Origin: Octopus bimaculoides
Lineage: Eukaryota
Assembly (NCBI RefSeq): GCF_001194135.2
Contig: NC_068983.1
Location: 119,651,069 to 119,711,374 of the forward strand
Direction: 5' to 3'
DNA: 60,306 bases
Shown: piece by piece, positions 50,464-57,789 of the stretch
Layout: every line of letters begins with the position of its first letter
Position numbering within the stretch: position 1 is the first letter of the stretch
Notes under the pieces: generated by a model
The model's database searches: none
Seen by the model: only the letters and a program-made list of their open reading frames with translations
What the model was told of the DNA's origin: nothing
Made by a program: the position numbers and the translations under genes

Positions 50464-53400
50464 CACACACACGCACACATTGCTGACTAATAGAAATGAG
50501 GACATATATATTTAGCTAACAAACACATAGGTGAAGATATAAATATAGGCACAAACTTAATCCAGCAGAAATATGAACATATACGCTTGGTTAACAGACA
50601 GAAATATGGACACACGAAGCATACGACATATAAATATTACAATCGACTGTAAAATAATAAGCAATGACACTGTACTAGAAATGTAGGTTTTTGAAATAAA
50701 ACCTAGCATCACAAACCATATTAATGCAATAAATATATTACTACTACCGACCTCAGAAATGGCCCCACCTGGTTACACACACCAAACAATATCACAAACA
50801 ACTTCATTTATGGGAGATTCATTCAATGGCTCCTGGTTTTCAAATTGTACAGATAACAAAAAAGGTAACATAAAAATAGTATCGCAACTAAAATTCCATT
50901 CGATAAATCCTAGTGATATAAACAAGAGTGCATTTTTACACCAAAAGCCAATACGATAGTTTCTCTCATGGTAACTACCGCAGTATAGTTTGTTCTAACA
51001 GAACATTCACGTTTAAGCAGTGATAAATTAAATCCTTTCATATCATATCGTAAACTATCCTTACTAACTCACTAACATACCTCACTGCTAACTACAACAA
51101 TTCTTCAACATTCACCACTTTCTACTTTACACACGTAGCTATTATAATCACTTGAGAAATATTTCTCTAACTAAATACACTTTATAATCACAATAAATTC
51201 ACTGAACAACGAAGAAATTCACTTTTGCAACCATCAAAATATGACCAAAAAAAACAAAAAAACCTCCATGAATGGAACTTTGATACTGTAGTACATATAT
51301 TTAACATGATAATTATAATGCATAAATAACAACAATCTCATAAACCTAATATTATATACAATGTATTAATGCCGCACACAACGGAACAAAACTCAAAACT
51401 CAACAGAAGAAAGTTCTACTGTAATTTTCTTTCATGTAAATAAATGCATATGTTAATTTAAGAATTTGCCAGCAAAAACTTATAAAATGACAAAAAGAAA
51501 TAAACCGAAACTCAGAAAAAAAAAATCAAACAAGGAAATAACAAGAAATAAAAAACACACACGCTACGGTGTTTATCTTTAAAACGGAAGCCTCTTTGAC
51601 TCTGTCGCCTATCGTCGTGTCATATTTACTTCCAGCATCTCAAATAATGATAAAGACAGCCATTAACAATAACCTTCTCAAACACCTTTGAAATCTTCAA
51701 TCTTTCTCTATCCTTGGTAACTACCCTCGAGAAATTTGATGAAAAAAGTGTTGTTACCCTCGACATCAACAAAACTTTCGGCTATACATGGCACTCGAAT
51801 CTCATGTCAAAACTGTTTGTCTATAATCTCTATCCTTCTCTCGTTCCTTCAACCAGTGACTTCCTCCATATCATATATGTTGATGGTGCATATATGATAT
51901 ATGTTGGTGGAGCTCTCTGTGACCTACTGTCTCTGATTGCTCTCATCACCAACATCTACTCTTACCGGCATTCTCAAATTCCCCAGAATATGGAAACTAT
52001 TATGAAATCGTGACAAATCTAAAACCCAACGAAATCCTAGTGAACTAACATAATATAGGCCCCAAATTTCTGTATACACATCCTCGAACATTTTAGAATG
52101 GCTTCTAGTGAGGGTGGTCACTAATTTAAAGTATGAAAGTGTTTGTGACAAATGTGCTTTTGAGAAGCATGTGTAATGAATCTCAGAAGGCAGTTTTTAA
52201 GCAAAACATTGTAACTTTATTAAAATAGGAACGAGTGCTGGCAAGTACCAAGAGGTTGGAAGCCGCTGTAAGCTAACAGGAACAAAGCTAGCTTAAACGA
52301 AAATATACAGCTCATTATGAAGCAGAGTTGTGGCTTATGTCATCCAAACTTTCGAGGACCGAAGTTAGCATAAATGAACTCAGGCTGTTCTGGAGGTGAC
52401 AAGTCGAGAGCTGATATAACTCCAAGTTGGCTGCACAAAGTTGATGGTAAACAAACACTGTTTCATGTTGGAAGAAGAACTGTTGATGCTTAATAATTCC
52501 CGCTTCTCTGCTAGGGCAGATAACTACCTTTTGCATTCCTACGCGTCCAGCCCTGATTGACTGGAGTATGCCGTGGCAACACAAATAGCTTTCCTGACTC
52601 ACTACAGGTTAGTCTTTTACATCACAGATCCACCTATCACGCTCTCTCCAAATCACAATACGATTCTGGTTACTACGATTAACTACTTCAATATTCACAA
52701 ATTTAACACAAAAAATGCACAATGGCTTCAAGAAAGATAAAAAAACCTCCAACACGTATAACTCCATAAACCACACAGACAGACTCCTCACACACAGATG
52801 ACATCACACTTCATCTTCCTGCCACACCCGGACACAGTTATACAATAATTCCAACCCTAGCTAACTAACCCAGCCAAGGCTCAACAGCAAAGACTCAAAT
52901 CAGTACCTACCAAAACAGCATTACCAACCATCACGTTCAACAATATAAGCGTACAACAATGGATACAGACAATATAGTAAAGGAGATAAAAACAATTCAC
53001 AAACATATTTAAAGCAATTACATGTATAAAAGCAGAATAGTCATAGCTGGAACGTTTTTAATTAATAGGTCAACACAATCATGACTTAGCTGGAGAATAA
53101 GCACCCCCCCTCTTACCTCTTCTCTCTCATCCTCAACAACAACAACAATAGAAGGTTTAAAACAAATACTGACACATACTATCAAAATAAACGACACGGC
53201 GACCGCTGCAACGCAAATCACTTCAATCAGTGTTCAGTTGCATGCCAACAGTGATATAACACCCCTCCCCTAAATCATTCATGAAGTAGATTTAAGTTAC
53301 ACACAATGTATTCAGATATGTAAGATAATCATCAAACTGCGAGTTTAGCAGCTTTCAAACTGCGAGTTTAGCAGCTTATAATAAGCATGAATTCAAACTA

Positions 53401-56068
53401 GTGTCATTTGAGGTTTAAGATATGTGTTAAGGCAGTAATGAGATCTTACAGACAAAAGAAAATGAAAGCAAAGAACAAGTAAGATGATTAGACAGTTAAT
53501 TTAACACTGTCAAAGAAGAAACACAGATTTCAATGTTTCAGGCTGTAGTCCTTCGTTAAAATGAAAAATTGGAAGGAAAAGAGGGTAAAAAGCGAATGTA
53601 CGGTTAATGTTCCGTTTTACTCCTGTCTTTTTTTCTTTTCAGGTTGTTTTGTTTTTCTTGGTGAAGTACCTCAATCCGAAATGTTGAACTATTTTGTTTC
53701 TTTCTGACAGTGTAAAGTAAATTACCTTGTACTCCTATTTATTTTTGTTTGCTTCTATTCCTAACATACTTGTAGCAGAATGGATTGACAAAAACATAAA
53801 TGACAAACTATTCTCTCTCCCTTTTATTTATAGTTGTTGTTTGGACGTAGCAGAGAACACTTAGCTATAAAGATCATATGGGGAAACAATTACGCCTAAA
53901 AACTAACCAGAACATACCACCACCACACACAGTGGCCGCAAAGTCCACCGGTGTAAAAAAAACTGTATATATTCGAAAACATTTCTATCACCGTGTGTTT
54001 TTATAATCATGCATTTTTCTATATATTTTCATGTGATGTTTATTTTGTGTTCAAAGCATGCATTTCTATGCTTTATTATCTATATGCAAATTTCTTACAT
54101 TCATTTTTTCACCTTGTTTGAATTTTCACACATTTTATTTTGTTGCAAGATGCTGTATTTTTTCTTGCTCTGCATAATTCCACATGCATTCTGATAACTG
54201 TACTAGCATGTTCCATCATTTTGTCCTACCATTTTTGCTAGCAGTTCTTTCCTATTATCGCACATTTGTGTCCCACAAATGTTCTGGTCGGGGAGTTCTG
54301 TAGCAGAATAGATTGACAAAAGCATAAATGACAGTCTATTCTCTCTCCCTTTTATTTATAGCTGTTGTTTGGAGGTAGCAGAGAACACTTAGTTATAAAG
54401 ATCATGTTTTAGCCATTTGCTCTGATTAGTTACTTTTTAGGCGCAACAATTACGCCAAATTACCCGATCAACCAATCAGATGCGTTCAAATGGATCACGT
54501 GTTCTCTTGGCGGAAAAATCTTACACATCTCTGTGGAGTCCAGCAATTTCCTTAAATAGATTAGTTTTTTCTCATATTAAGGATTCTAGCCACCAGAAAA
54601 CTATTGCTCGCTTTCTCCGCGTTAAGAGACAATGAAATTCATCACCGCTGACACCGCCGCTACAGGCTCTTACTACATCTAACGTCTACAACAACATCAT
54701 AATTCATCCTTGTGCATGTAAACTCACTAAGTGAATATGACTTTTTAGTGTTCCCACAGAAACCTTCATTTACTTTATATGATGTTTAATGTCGTTTTAC
54801 ATTCATGTTGAATTATGCAGCAATCTTATGTTCTTTTCATAGAACACTTGTACTTCATGTATTACCAGTTCTTTTGGCATAGTAAATTTTTGATATTCTT
54901 GTTTATGTCTCCTCACAGACATGTATATTCTAACAAGTCGCTTCTTAAATTTCGCACCTCTCTTGTTCAATAAGCAATGAGTTAAACTTGCAAAGCTGTT
55001 TATTTTCTCCTTTCAATTTTTAATGTTTATTTTAGCAGGTTACCAAACTATCAGTTTGGTCTCCCTGCTAAATATTTAAAAAAAATTTATTAACTAGTTG
55101 AAATTGTCTTCCATGATTTCAAATTCCCTAATTTACGCGATATCGTAAAAGAATATAAAATTTAAAAAATAAAAGTAAAAAAAAAACTGAAATAAAATTC
55201 GTCGGTACAGTTTCCCAGCTCGACAAGTAAGAAGCTACACCACCGAATCATACATACTCTCACAAATATACATTATTATCACAATGAAAAATATTACATA
55301 GTCGACAAAATTCAAACACAGTAAACTGTTCCAAGCTAAGCCCCATTTTTCAGAGTGAGAAATTACTTCAGCGTTAGAAAAGAAATGTGTTACTCACATT
55401 GGAGTATTGCACATTCATAATATACGGAACAGCTGTTATCCTCGACACCATTCTAGACTGTATCTAAAAGAAGGTTATCTAAACCGACAGGAAAAATTTA
55501 AGATAAACATGTCTTTAATCCAACAAAGATCTGTCTCGCAGATATTTCATGTAAAATCAAAGATTAGTTGTGACTCAATACACACGAAGGTTATATACAT
55601 AAGACAAGTTGGCGATCTTTCGGTACGAGTCCTAAATATCGACCTTTTCCGTAAAAAGTACCTTCGGTGATCTTTACCAAAGATCGGCCTTTTCCGTAAC
55701 ACCCGTACGGTGTTAGGGCTAGGGTTTTAGAGTCAGGGTTAGAGTTTTAGGGTTAGGGTTACGGTTACGGTTAGGGACGGAATTCCCTAACGCAAACCCT
55801 AAAACCCAAACCCTAACCATAAACCTAACCCTAACCCTAACTCTAAACACTTCAAAATAAATCGCGCTCTCTGTATGTCTTTCGCTGTTATGACGTCGTT
55901 TCCCTGTTTCTCTCCAACACTTTTTACGGAAAAGGCCGATATTTAGAACTCGTACCGAAAGGTCGCTGACAAGTTATTTTAATTTTAACAATTGAAGCTT
56001 TATAAAACTTTGCTCCACAACGAACTGTTTTCAAAGAAGAAAACTGACTTACCTCAAACAACTGATAT
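8053..56068 (-). CDS. PLA2G4A: Cytosolic phospholipase A2 (group IVA-like), 16 coding exons; 862 aa from exon 2 to the stop, plus a partly hidden first exon
   Basis: Manual splicing of exons 56053-56068(partial), 46904-46985, 45936-46082, 41938-42053, 35099-35136, 31175-31307, 27336-27472, 25407-25629, 23795-23909, 19452-19589, 17166-17258, 16592-16913, 14325-14452, 10284-10465, 9786-9972, 8053-8600 gives one open frame. It has a C2 domain (DTPDPYV, NPVWNE, LMEANY), [30 protein letters not shown] and LILRPQR. All introns are GT-AG with matching phases. Confidence 0.96.
8900..9310 (+). mobile_element. Degenerate RTE LINE 3' end
   Basis: Remnant [11 protein letters not shown]...VLEK-like coding tail, then the 3' UTR GGAGGAGGGGCATCCAGCC...GGACGTTAAATGATGAC. 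Confidence 0.65.
9786..9972 (-). CDS. PLA2G4A: cPLA2 exon 15 (187 bp) [20 protein letters not shown]...[20 protein letters not shown]
   Basis: ttgcag|GAA...CCAG|gtaaaa. Confidence 0.96.
10284..10465 (-). CDS. PLA2G4A: cPLA2 exon 14 (182 bp) [39 protein letters not shown]...PFK, catalytic Asp
   Basis: ttttacag|CT...AAA|gtaggt. Confidence 0.96.
10558..11510 (+). mobile_element. Helentron/HINE (DINE-1-like) non-autonomous rolling-circle element, interrupted by a gap
   Basis: 5' ACTAGCAGAGATACCCGGCCTTGCTTGGG stem-loop; 3' (CA)n-CTCACAAACTCAGCTATATAGAT end present twice (11157-11215, 11445-11495). Confidence 0.6.
11600..11960 (+). mobile_element. Degenerate RTE-clade LINE RT C-terminal fragment
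   Basis: Translates [44 protein letters not shown], like the RTE motif LNISW..TN.ELY...I..RRL.FAGHC. Confidence 0.75.
13107..13920 (-). mobile_element. Internally deleted Tc1/mariner (maT/DD37D-like) transposon, 814 bp
   Basis: Imperfect TIRs CAGGGTGTTTGGGCTACATTTGA / CAGGATGTTCAGGTTAAATTTGA with mutated TA flanks (CA, TG). Minus-strand remnants [30 protein letters not shown] and WSAVE...[11 protein letters not shown]. Confidence 0.85.
14325..14452 (-). CDS. PLA2G4A: cPLA2 exon 13 (128 bp) [43 protein letters not shown]
   Basis: ttttctag|T...GACT|gtaagt; GRAG.VHN and YPLSP. Confidence 0.95.
16592..16913 (-). CDS. PLA2G4A: cPLA2 exon 12 (322 bp), acidic/Ser-rich linker QMELEK...NDSSDDEEE...[11 protein letters not shown]
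   Basis: ttaacag|AA...GAGAA|gtaagt; phase 1 to 2 fits both neighbours. Confidence 0.92.
17166..17258 (-). CDS. PLA2G4A: cPLA2 exon 11 (93 bp) [31 protein letters not shown]
   Basis: tctacag|GT...ATAC|gtgagt; WGSAF and lid region. Confidence 0.95.
17570..17905 (-). mobile_element. SINE family C
   Basis: Reverse complement of the GGCTGTGTGGTAAGAAG head and GAAACAAGTAAA tail. Confidence 0.8.
18309..18342. repeat. Perfect 16-bp-arm palindrome TTTGAGACCCACAGTG-TT-CACTGTGGGTCTCAAA
   Basis: Read directly from the sequence. Confidence 0.9.
19452..19589 (-). CDS. PLA2G4A: cPLA2 exon 10 (138 bp) [46 protein letters not shown]
   Basis: attttcag|AA...CAAG|gtaaga. Confidence 0.96.
20270..21190. repeat. 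Compound microsatellite/low-complexity tract (TG)n, (GA)n, (TATG)n
   Basis: Read directly; source of several spurious ORFs. Confidence 0.95.
21540..21860 (-). mobile_element. RTE-type 3' tail element
   Basis: Reverse complement of the 44800-45040 family. Confidence 0.75.
21955..22255 (-). mobile_element. SINE family C (5'-truncated)
   Basis: TTTTACTTGTTTCAGT...GGCCATGCTGTAGCAC...GTAGAAGAC. Confidence 0.75.
22782..22826 (-). ncRNA. Hammerhead ribozyme motif with a 3-nt deletion in helix III (probably inactive)
   Basis: GACAC|CUGAUGA|A|GGCUG-gagggtatat-CAGCC|GAAAU-GUGUU. Confidence 0.6.
23186..23233 (+). ncRNA. Minimal type I hammerhead ribozyme motif (Penelope-like), slightly degenerate
   Basis: GACAC|CUGAUGA|A|GGCUG-gagggtatat-CAGCU|GAAAC-AU-U^GUGUU: helix I GACAC/GUGUU, helix II 5 bp, minimal helix III. 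Confidence 0.7.
23795..23909 (-). CDS. PLA2G4A: cPLA2 exon 9 (115 bp) [38 protein letters not shown]
   Basis: ttcttcag|AGA...CAAG|gtaagc; PLP.YTC.HVK motif. Confidence 0.95.
25407..25629 (-). CDS. PLA2G4A: cPLA2 exon 8 (223 bp) YISSLYSH...[21 protein letters not shown]
   Basis: acacag|G...GGG|gtaact. Confidence 0.95.
26985..27215 (+). mobile_element. Internally deleted mariner fragment
   Basis: [12 protein letters not shown] joined to [31 protein letters not shown]...EYFEG, followed by a TIR-like end. Confidence 0.75.
27336..27472 (-). CDS. PLA2G4A: cPLA2 exon 7 (137 bp) [16 protein letters not shown]...GLSGSSW, oxyanion hole and catalytic Ser
   Basis: ccacag|GTA...TG|gtaagt. Confidence 0.97.
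27840..28230 (-). mobile_element. SINE family C, near full length
   Basis: Head GTGGCTGTGTAGTAAGAAGCTTG, core TTGGGCAAGTGTCTTCTAC and tail, all on the minus strand. Confidence 0.85.
28616..28993 (-). mobile_element. tRNA-derived SINE family A, full length
   Basis: Minus strand starts TGGAGGCGCAATGGCCCAGTGGTTAGG (A-box)...GGTTTCGATTCCC (B-box); matches 1-320. Confidence 0.9.
29628..29895 (+). mobile_element. SINE family C
   Basis: AGGAGTGGCTGTGTGG...AGTTCAGTCCC...TTGGGCAAATGTCTTCTACTATAGCC. Confidence 0.85.
29990..30200 (-). mobile_element. SINE family B
   Basis: Reverse complement of the GGGAGCTGGCAGAATT head and GGGTTGATAAAATGAGTACC core. Confidence 0.75.
31175..31307 (-). CDS. PLA2G4A: cPLA2 exon 6 (133 bp) [44 protein letters not shown]
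   Basis: atttcag|C...GAG|gtgagt; PDLR motif. Confidence 0.93.
31775..32106. repeat. Tandem duplication, two copies of a 165-bp unit
   Basis: CAGAGATTATAAGC at 31777 and 31942; about 3 mismatches between copies. Confidence 0.9.
32189..32334. mobile_element. hAT (Charlie-like) MITE; related copy at 40402-40547
   Basis: CAGTCATGG...CCCACGTCTG ends; 8-bp flanks CTCTGGAT / CTCTAAAT resemble an NTCTAGAN TSD. Confidence 0.65.
35099..35136 (-). CDS. PLA2G4A: cPLA2 exon 5 (38 bp) [13 protein letters not shown]
   Basis: ttgctttcag|GTT...CTGAA|gtaagt; phase 0 to 2 bridges exons 4 and 6 exactly. Confidence 0.9.
35319..35537. mobile_element. piggyBac-type MITE
   Basis: TTAA|CTCTTTAGCATT ... AATGCCAAAGAG|TTAA. 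Confidence 0.8.
36300..37200 (-). mobile_element. Highly degenerate Penelope-like RT fragment
   Basis: Minus-strand remnants [23 protein letters not shown] (FNSIPYSQFLR-like) and [12 protein letters not shown] (RIPLVLTYHP-like), in the expected order. Confidence 0.5.
41938..42053 (-). CDS. PLA2G4A: cPLA2 exon 4 (116 bp) [39 protein letters not shown]
   Basis: ctttcag|AA...GAG|gtatgt; CBR3 motif LM(D/E)ANY. Confidence 0.95.
42130..42525 (-). mobile_element. SINE family C
   Basis: Same head, core and tail as 27840-28230. Confidence 0.8.
43477..43690 (+). mobile_element. SINE family B, well preserved
   Basis: CAGCTGGGCAGAATTGTTAGC...GAGTTCAAATTCC...CCTTTCATCCTTTTGGGGGTCAATAAATTAAGTACC. Confidence 0.85.
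44095..44745 (-). mobile_element. SINE family C, head duplicated across a short N gap
   Basis: 44406-44544 is identical to 44592-44730. Confidence 0.8.
44745..45040 (+). mobile_element. RTE-type 3' tail element with (GAT)n end
   Basis: Near-identical to 7565-7860. Confidence 0.85.
45315..45460 (-). mobile_element. SINE family C head
   Basis: AGAAGACACTTGCCCAA...GGGACTGAACC...CACACAGCCATGC. Confidence 0.75.
45936..46082 (-). CDS. PLA2G4A: cPLA2 exon 3 (147 bp) [49 protein letters not shown]
   Basis: tttcag|TT...CTCC|gtaagt; canonical C2 motifs. Confidence 0.95.
46904..46985 (-). CDS. PLA2G4A: cPLA2 exon 2 (82 bp) [27 protein letters not shown]
   Basis: ttttgaag|GTC...TTCT|gtaagt; C2 strands 1-2 and CBR1. 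Confidence 0.93.
49295..49400 (+). mobile_element. Helentron/HINE-like 3' end
   Basis: GTCAAGTTTCATCAAAATC...GGAGTTAGC...CAAACAAACAC...GTAGTAGAT resembles HINE 3' termini. Confidence 0.5.
49477..49790 (+). mobile_element. Helitron deletion derivative: 5' end fused to a Pif1 helicase C-terminal fragment
   Basis: A|TCTATCTATTATTATATATAAAAG...GTTTGTTTGTCC start; [58 protein letters not shown] matches the Helitron motif IPRIP...FKRLQFP..L.FAM.INK.QGQ. Confidence 0.9.
51640..51960 (+). mobile_element. Degenerate CR1/Jockey-type RT fragment
   Basis: INNNLLKHL...[39 protein letters not shown] (DISKAFDRVWH.L.SKL-like). Confidence 0.8.
52172..52606 (-). mobile_element. Solo-LTR-like element, 435 bp
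   Basis: Minus strand begins TGTAGTGA and ends TCATTACA, with AATAAA about 50 nt before the 3' end; no TSD found. Confidence 0.55.
53504..53713. repeat. Degenerate palindrome with two decayed hammerhead motifs (Penelope pLTR-like)
   Basis: The left arm read on minus gives TTAACGAAGGACTACAGCCTGAAACATTG and the right arm on plus gives TTGGTGAAGTACCTCAATCCGAAATGTTG; both end in TTCTTT..GACAGTGT-like sequence. Confidence 0.6.
53773..54405. repeat. Local direct duplication of about 105 bp (53773-53877 and 54301-54405)
   Basis: TAGCAGAAT(G/A)GATTGACAAAA...ATAAAGATCAT in both copies. Confidence 0.85.
55611..55967. mobile_element. MITE with about 50-bp TIRs, 8-bp TSD and internal head-to-head telomeric repeats
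   Basis: TSD GACAAGTT at 55603-55610 and 55968-55975; TIR GCGA(T/C)CTTTCGGTACGAGT(C/T)CTAAATATCG(A/G)CCTTTTCCGTAAAAAGT; degenerate (TTAGGG)n-ACGGAATT-(CCCTAA)n at 55713-55846. Confidence 0.9.
56053..56068 (-). CDS. PLA2G4A: cPLA2 coding exon 1, 3' end only ((P)YQLFE); start hidden in N gap
   Basis: Minus strand reads A TAT CAG TTG TTT GAG|GTAAGT, a perfect phase-0 donor. It matches the DPYQxxx|VE junction of cPLA2-alpha and abuts the gap at 56069. Confidence 0.8.
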
Positions 56069-56241
56069 NNNNNNNNNNNNNNNNNNNNNNNNNNNNNNNN
56101 NNNNNNNNNNNNNNNNNNNNNNNNNNNNNNNNNNNNNNNNNNNNNNNNNNNNNNNNNNNNNNNNNNNNNNNNNNNNNNNNNNNNNNNNNNNNNNNNNNNN
56201 NNNNNNNNNNNNNNNNNNNNNNNNNNNNNNNNNNNNNNNNN

Positions 56242-56309
<68 letters not shown>

Positions 56310-56901
56310 GAATGTACGGATGCCCTTTTCTTTCCAAGAACAGTCCGTAGTGACTTCCTTGACAAGCGAGAAATGCTTGCCGTGGAAGAACGCAGAGATA
56401 GTTACATTTTTTCCGGTATTATGTGTAAGACACCATGTTGTCTGTTAGATACAATTTCATCACACCTGCTTCGATACTTAGAACGCAGAAACCTGGAAGA
56501 AATATCGCAAAGCATTTTGTCCAACGCTTTAACGATTGTGTCAATTTTCCATCTTTAGTTTGAATTCATAATCCTTGGGCAAGTAAAGAGCTGTGTATTT
56601 GTGGTTACATCCAAGATGGCTGGTATTACACTGAAACATAGGGATGACTGAGGGATAACTTTTAAACTGCTGATGACGCACACAAATTTCTGTTGTGGAA
56701 TTAACACAGGTTCATTAAAGGACGCCTTACGATGAGAAAGAAGTATAATACAAACATCAATTAATGAAAAAACAAAATAGGCGCAATGAACAACAAAGGG
56801 CAGATAATTTGATTGTCATGTGAGACAGATAGACCGACAGGCAGGCAGGCAAGCAGACCAATAGATAGACACACAGATAGGCATATAGTTAGGAATATAG
56901 G

Positions 56902-57699
56902 TGTAACGACCATGCAACCAGGAGATGGTGACGAGGAATGGCTCCTTTACCGCATCGCGGCCGTCATGTAAACAAAGTGTATGTGTATACAAACATAGAT
57001 GTATGTAAGAGAAAATACAGAGCATAGAAAAGAGTCTATAAGGACGTTGAGAGAAAGTTCAAACACAAGAATGGAAAATATACCAGTTCGTATTTGAGGT
57101 ACACAGTAGTTGAAGTGCTGTATCAAGAAGTTGTGGCAGCAAGGCAGAGCCGAAAAGGCACATGTCGTGAGAAGTTAAGGTTTCAATGCTGCGGCCGGTC
57201 ACTTGGTACAGGAGTTCTCGCAGGTTGTATTCGCTGTTAACCATGGTGAAGCAATTCGCAAACAGCGTGGAGAAAAGCTGTGCGAGCGTTGCTGGTTGGT
57301 GTGTACGTAGAGAAGTTGGTGCAGACGCTAAGGAGCTGGAAGCGACGAAGATAGAGTTTGCAGTAAGCTGTTGAACGAAGTATTGGATCTCCATGAAGAG
57401 GTGTCGTGCCGTCGCTGGAACTGGCTGTGTGCTCTGTGGCCAGCGGCTAGACCTCAGAAGATCTGGAGCCGGACTGACAAACGGGACGATGGAAAGCTAG
57501 ATTTTATATCATGCTATCGGCTCAACTGGGGTTCAGAAAAGGCCGTCTCACGCGAGCTTATCTGAAGGCTGCGATTGGTTGGGTTGCACCCTGACGCGAA
57601 ATAAAACAGGAAACAAAAATGCGCCAATACCAACCAATCAGAGTGGTGGACACAACAAGGTCCAAAGATGCGGCCGAAGGCTAGCTGTTATTCATTACG
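56902..57699 (-). mobile_element. CpG-rich LTR-like segment, about 800 bp
   Basis: Minus strand begins CGTAATGA and ends TCGTTACA; GC and CpG content is well above the flanks; contains a promoter module; no TSD found. Confidence 0.45.
57473..57638 (-). promoter_or_regulatory. Candidate CCAAT-TATA-Inr Pol II promoter, same strand as cPLA2
   Basis: On minus: CCAAT 57574-57578, TATAAAA 57502-57508 and TCAGT Inr 57473-57477 (TATA about -33). Two further CCAAT on plus at 57624-57638. Confidence 0.5.
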
Positions 57700-57728
57700 T
57701 CTGCATCCATGTATATATAACAGAGAGG

Positions 57729-57789
<61 letters not shown>

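Noticed and set aside
54410-54520. CCAAT, CACGTG and GGCGGAAAA cluster as a promoter
   Set aside because: The motifs lie in an inverted repeat (CTCTGATTAGTT...AACCAATCAGA) typical of MITE termini, next to a local duplication, with no TATA/Inr spacing.
55398-55418. ATG AAT GTG CAA TAC TCC AAT|GTGAGT on minus as an alternative first exon
   Set aside because: It is in phase but has no homology or other support, and such short matches are expected by chance.
55713-55846. Ancient chromosome-fusion site
   Set aside because: The array is bounded by TIRs and a perfect 8-bp TSD, so a transposon origin is simpler.
56242-56307. (CA)n near the cPLA2 5' end, echoing the CA repeat reported in mammalian PLA2G4A promoters
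   Set aside because: CA/TG tracts are everywhere in this window, so the coincidence carries no information.
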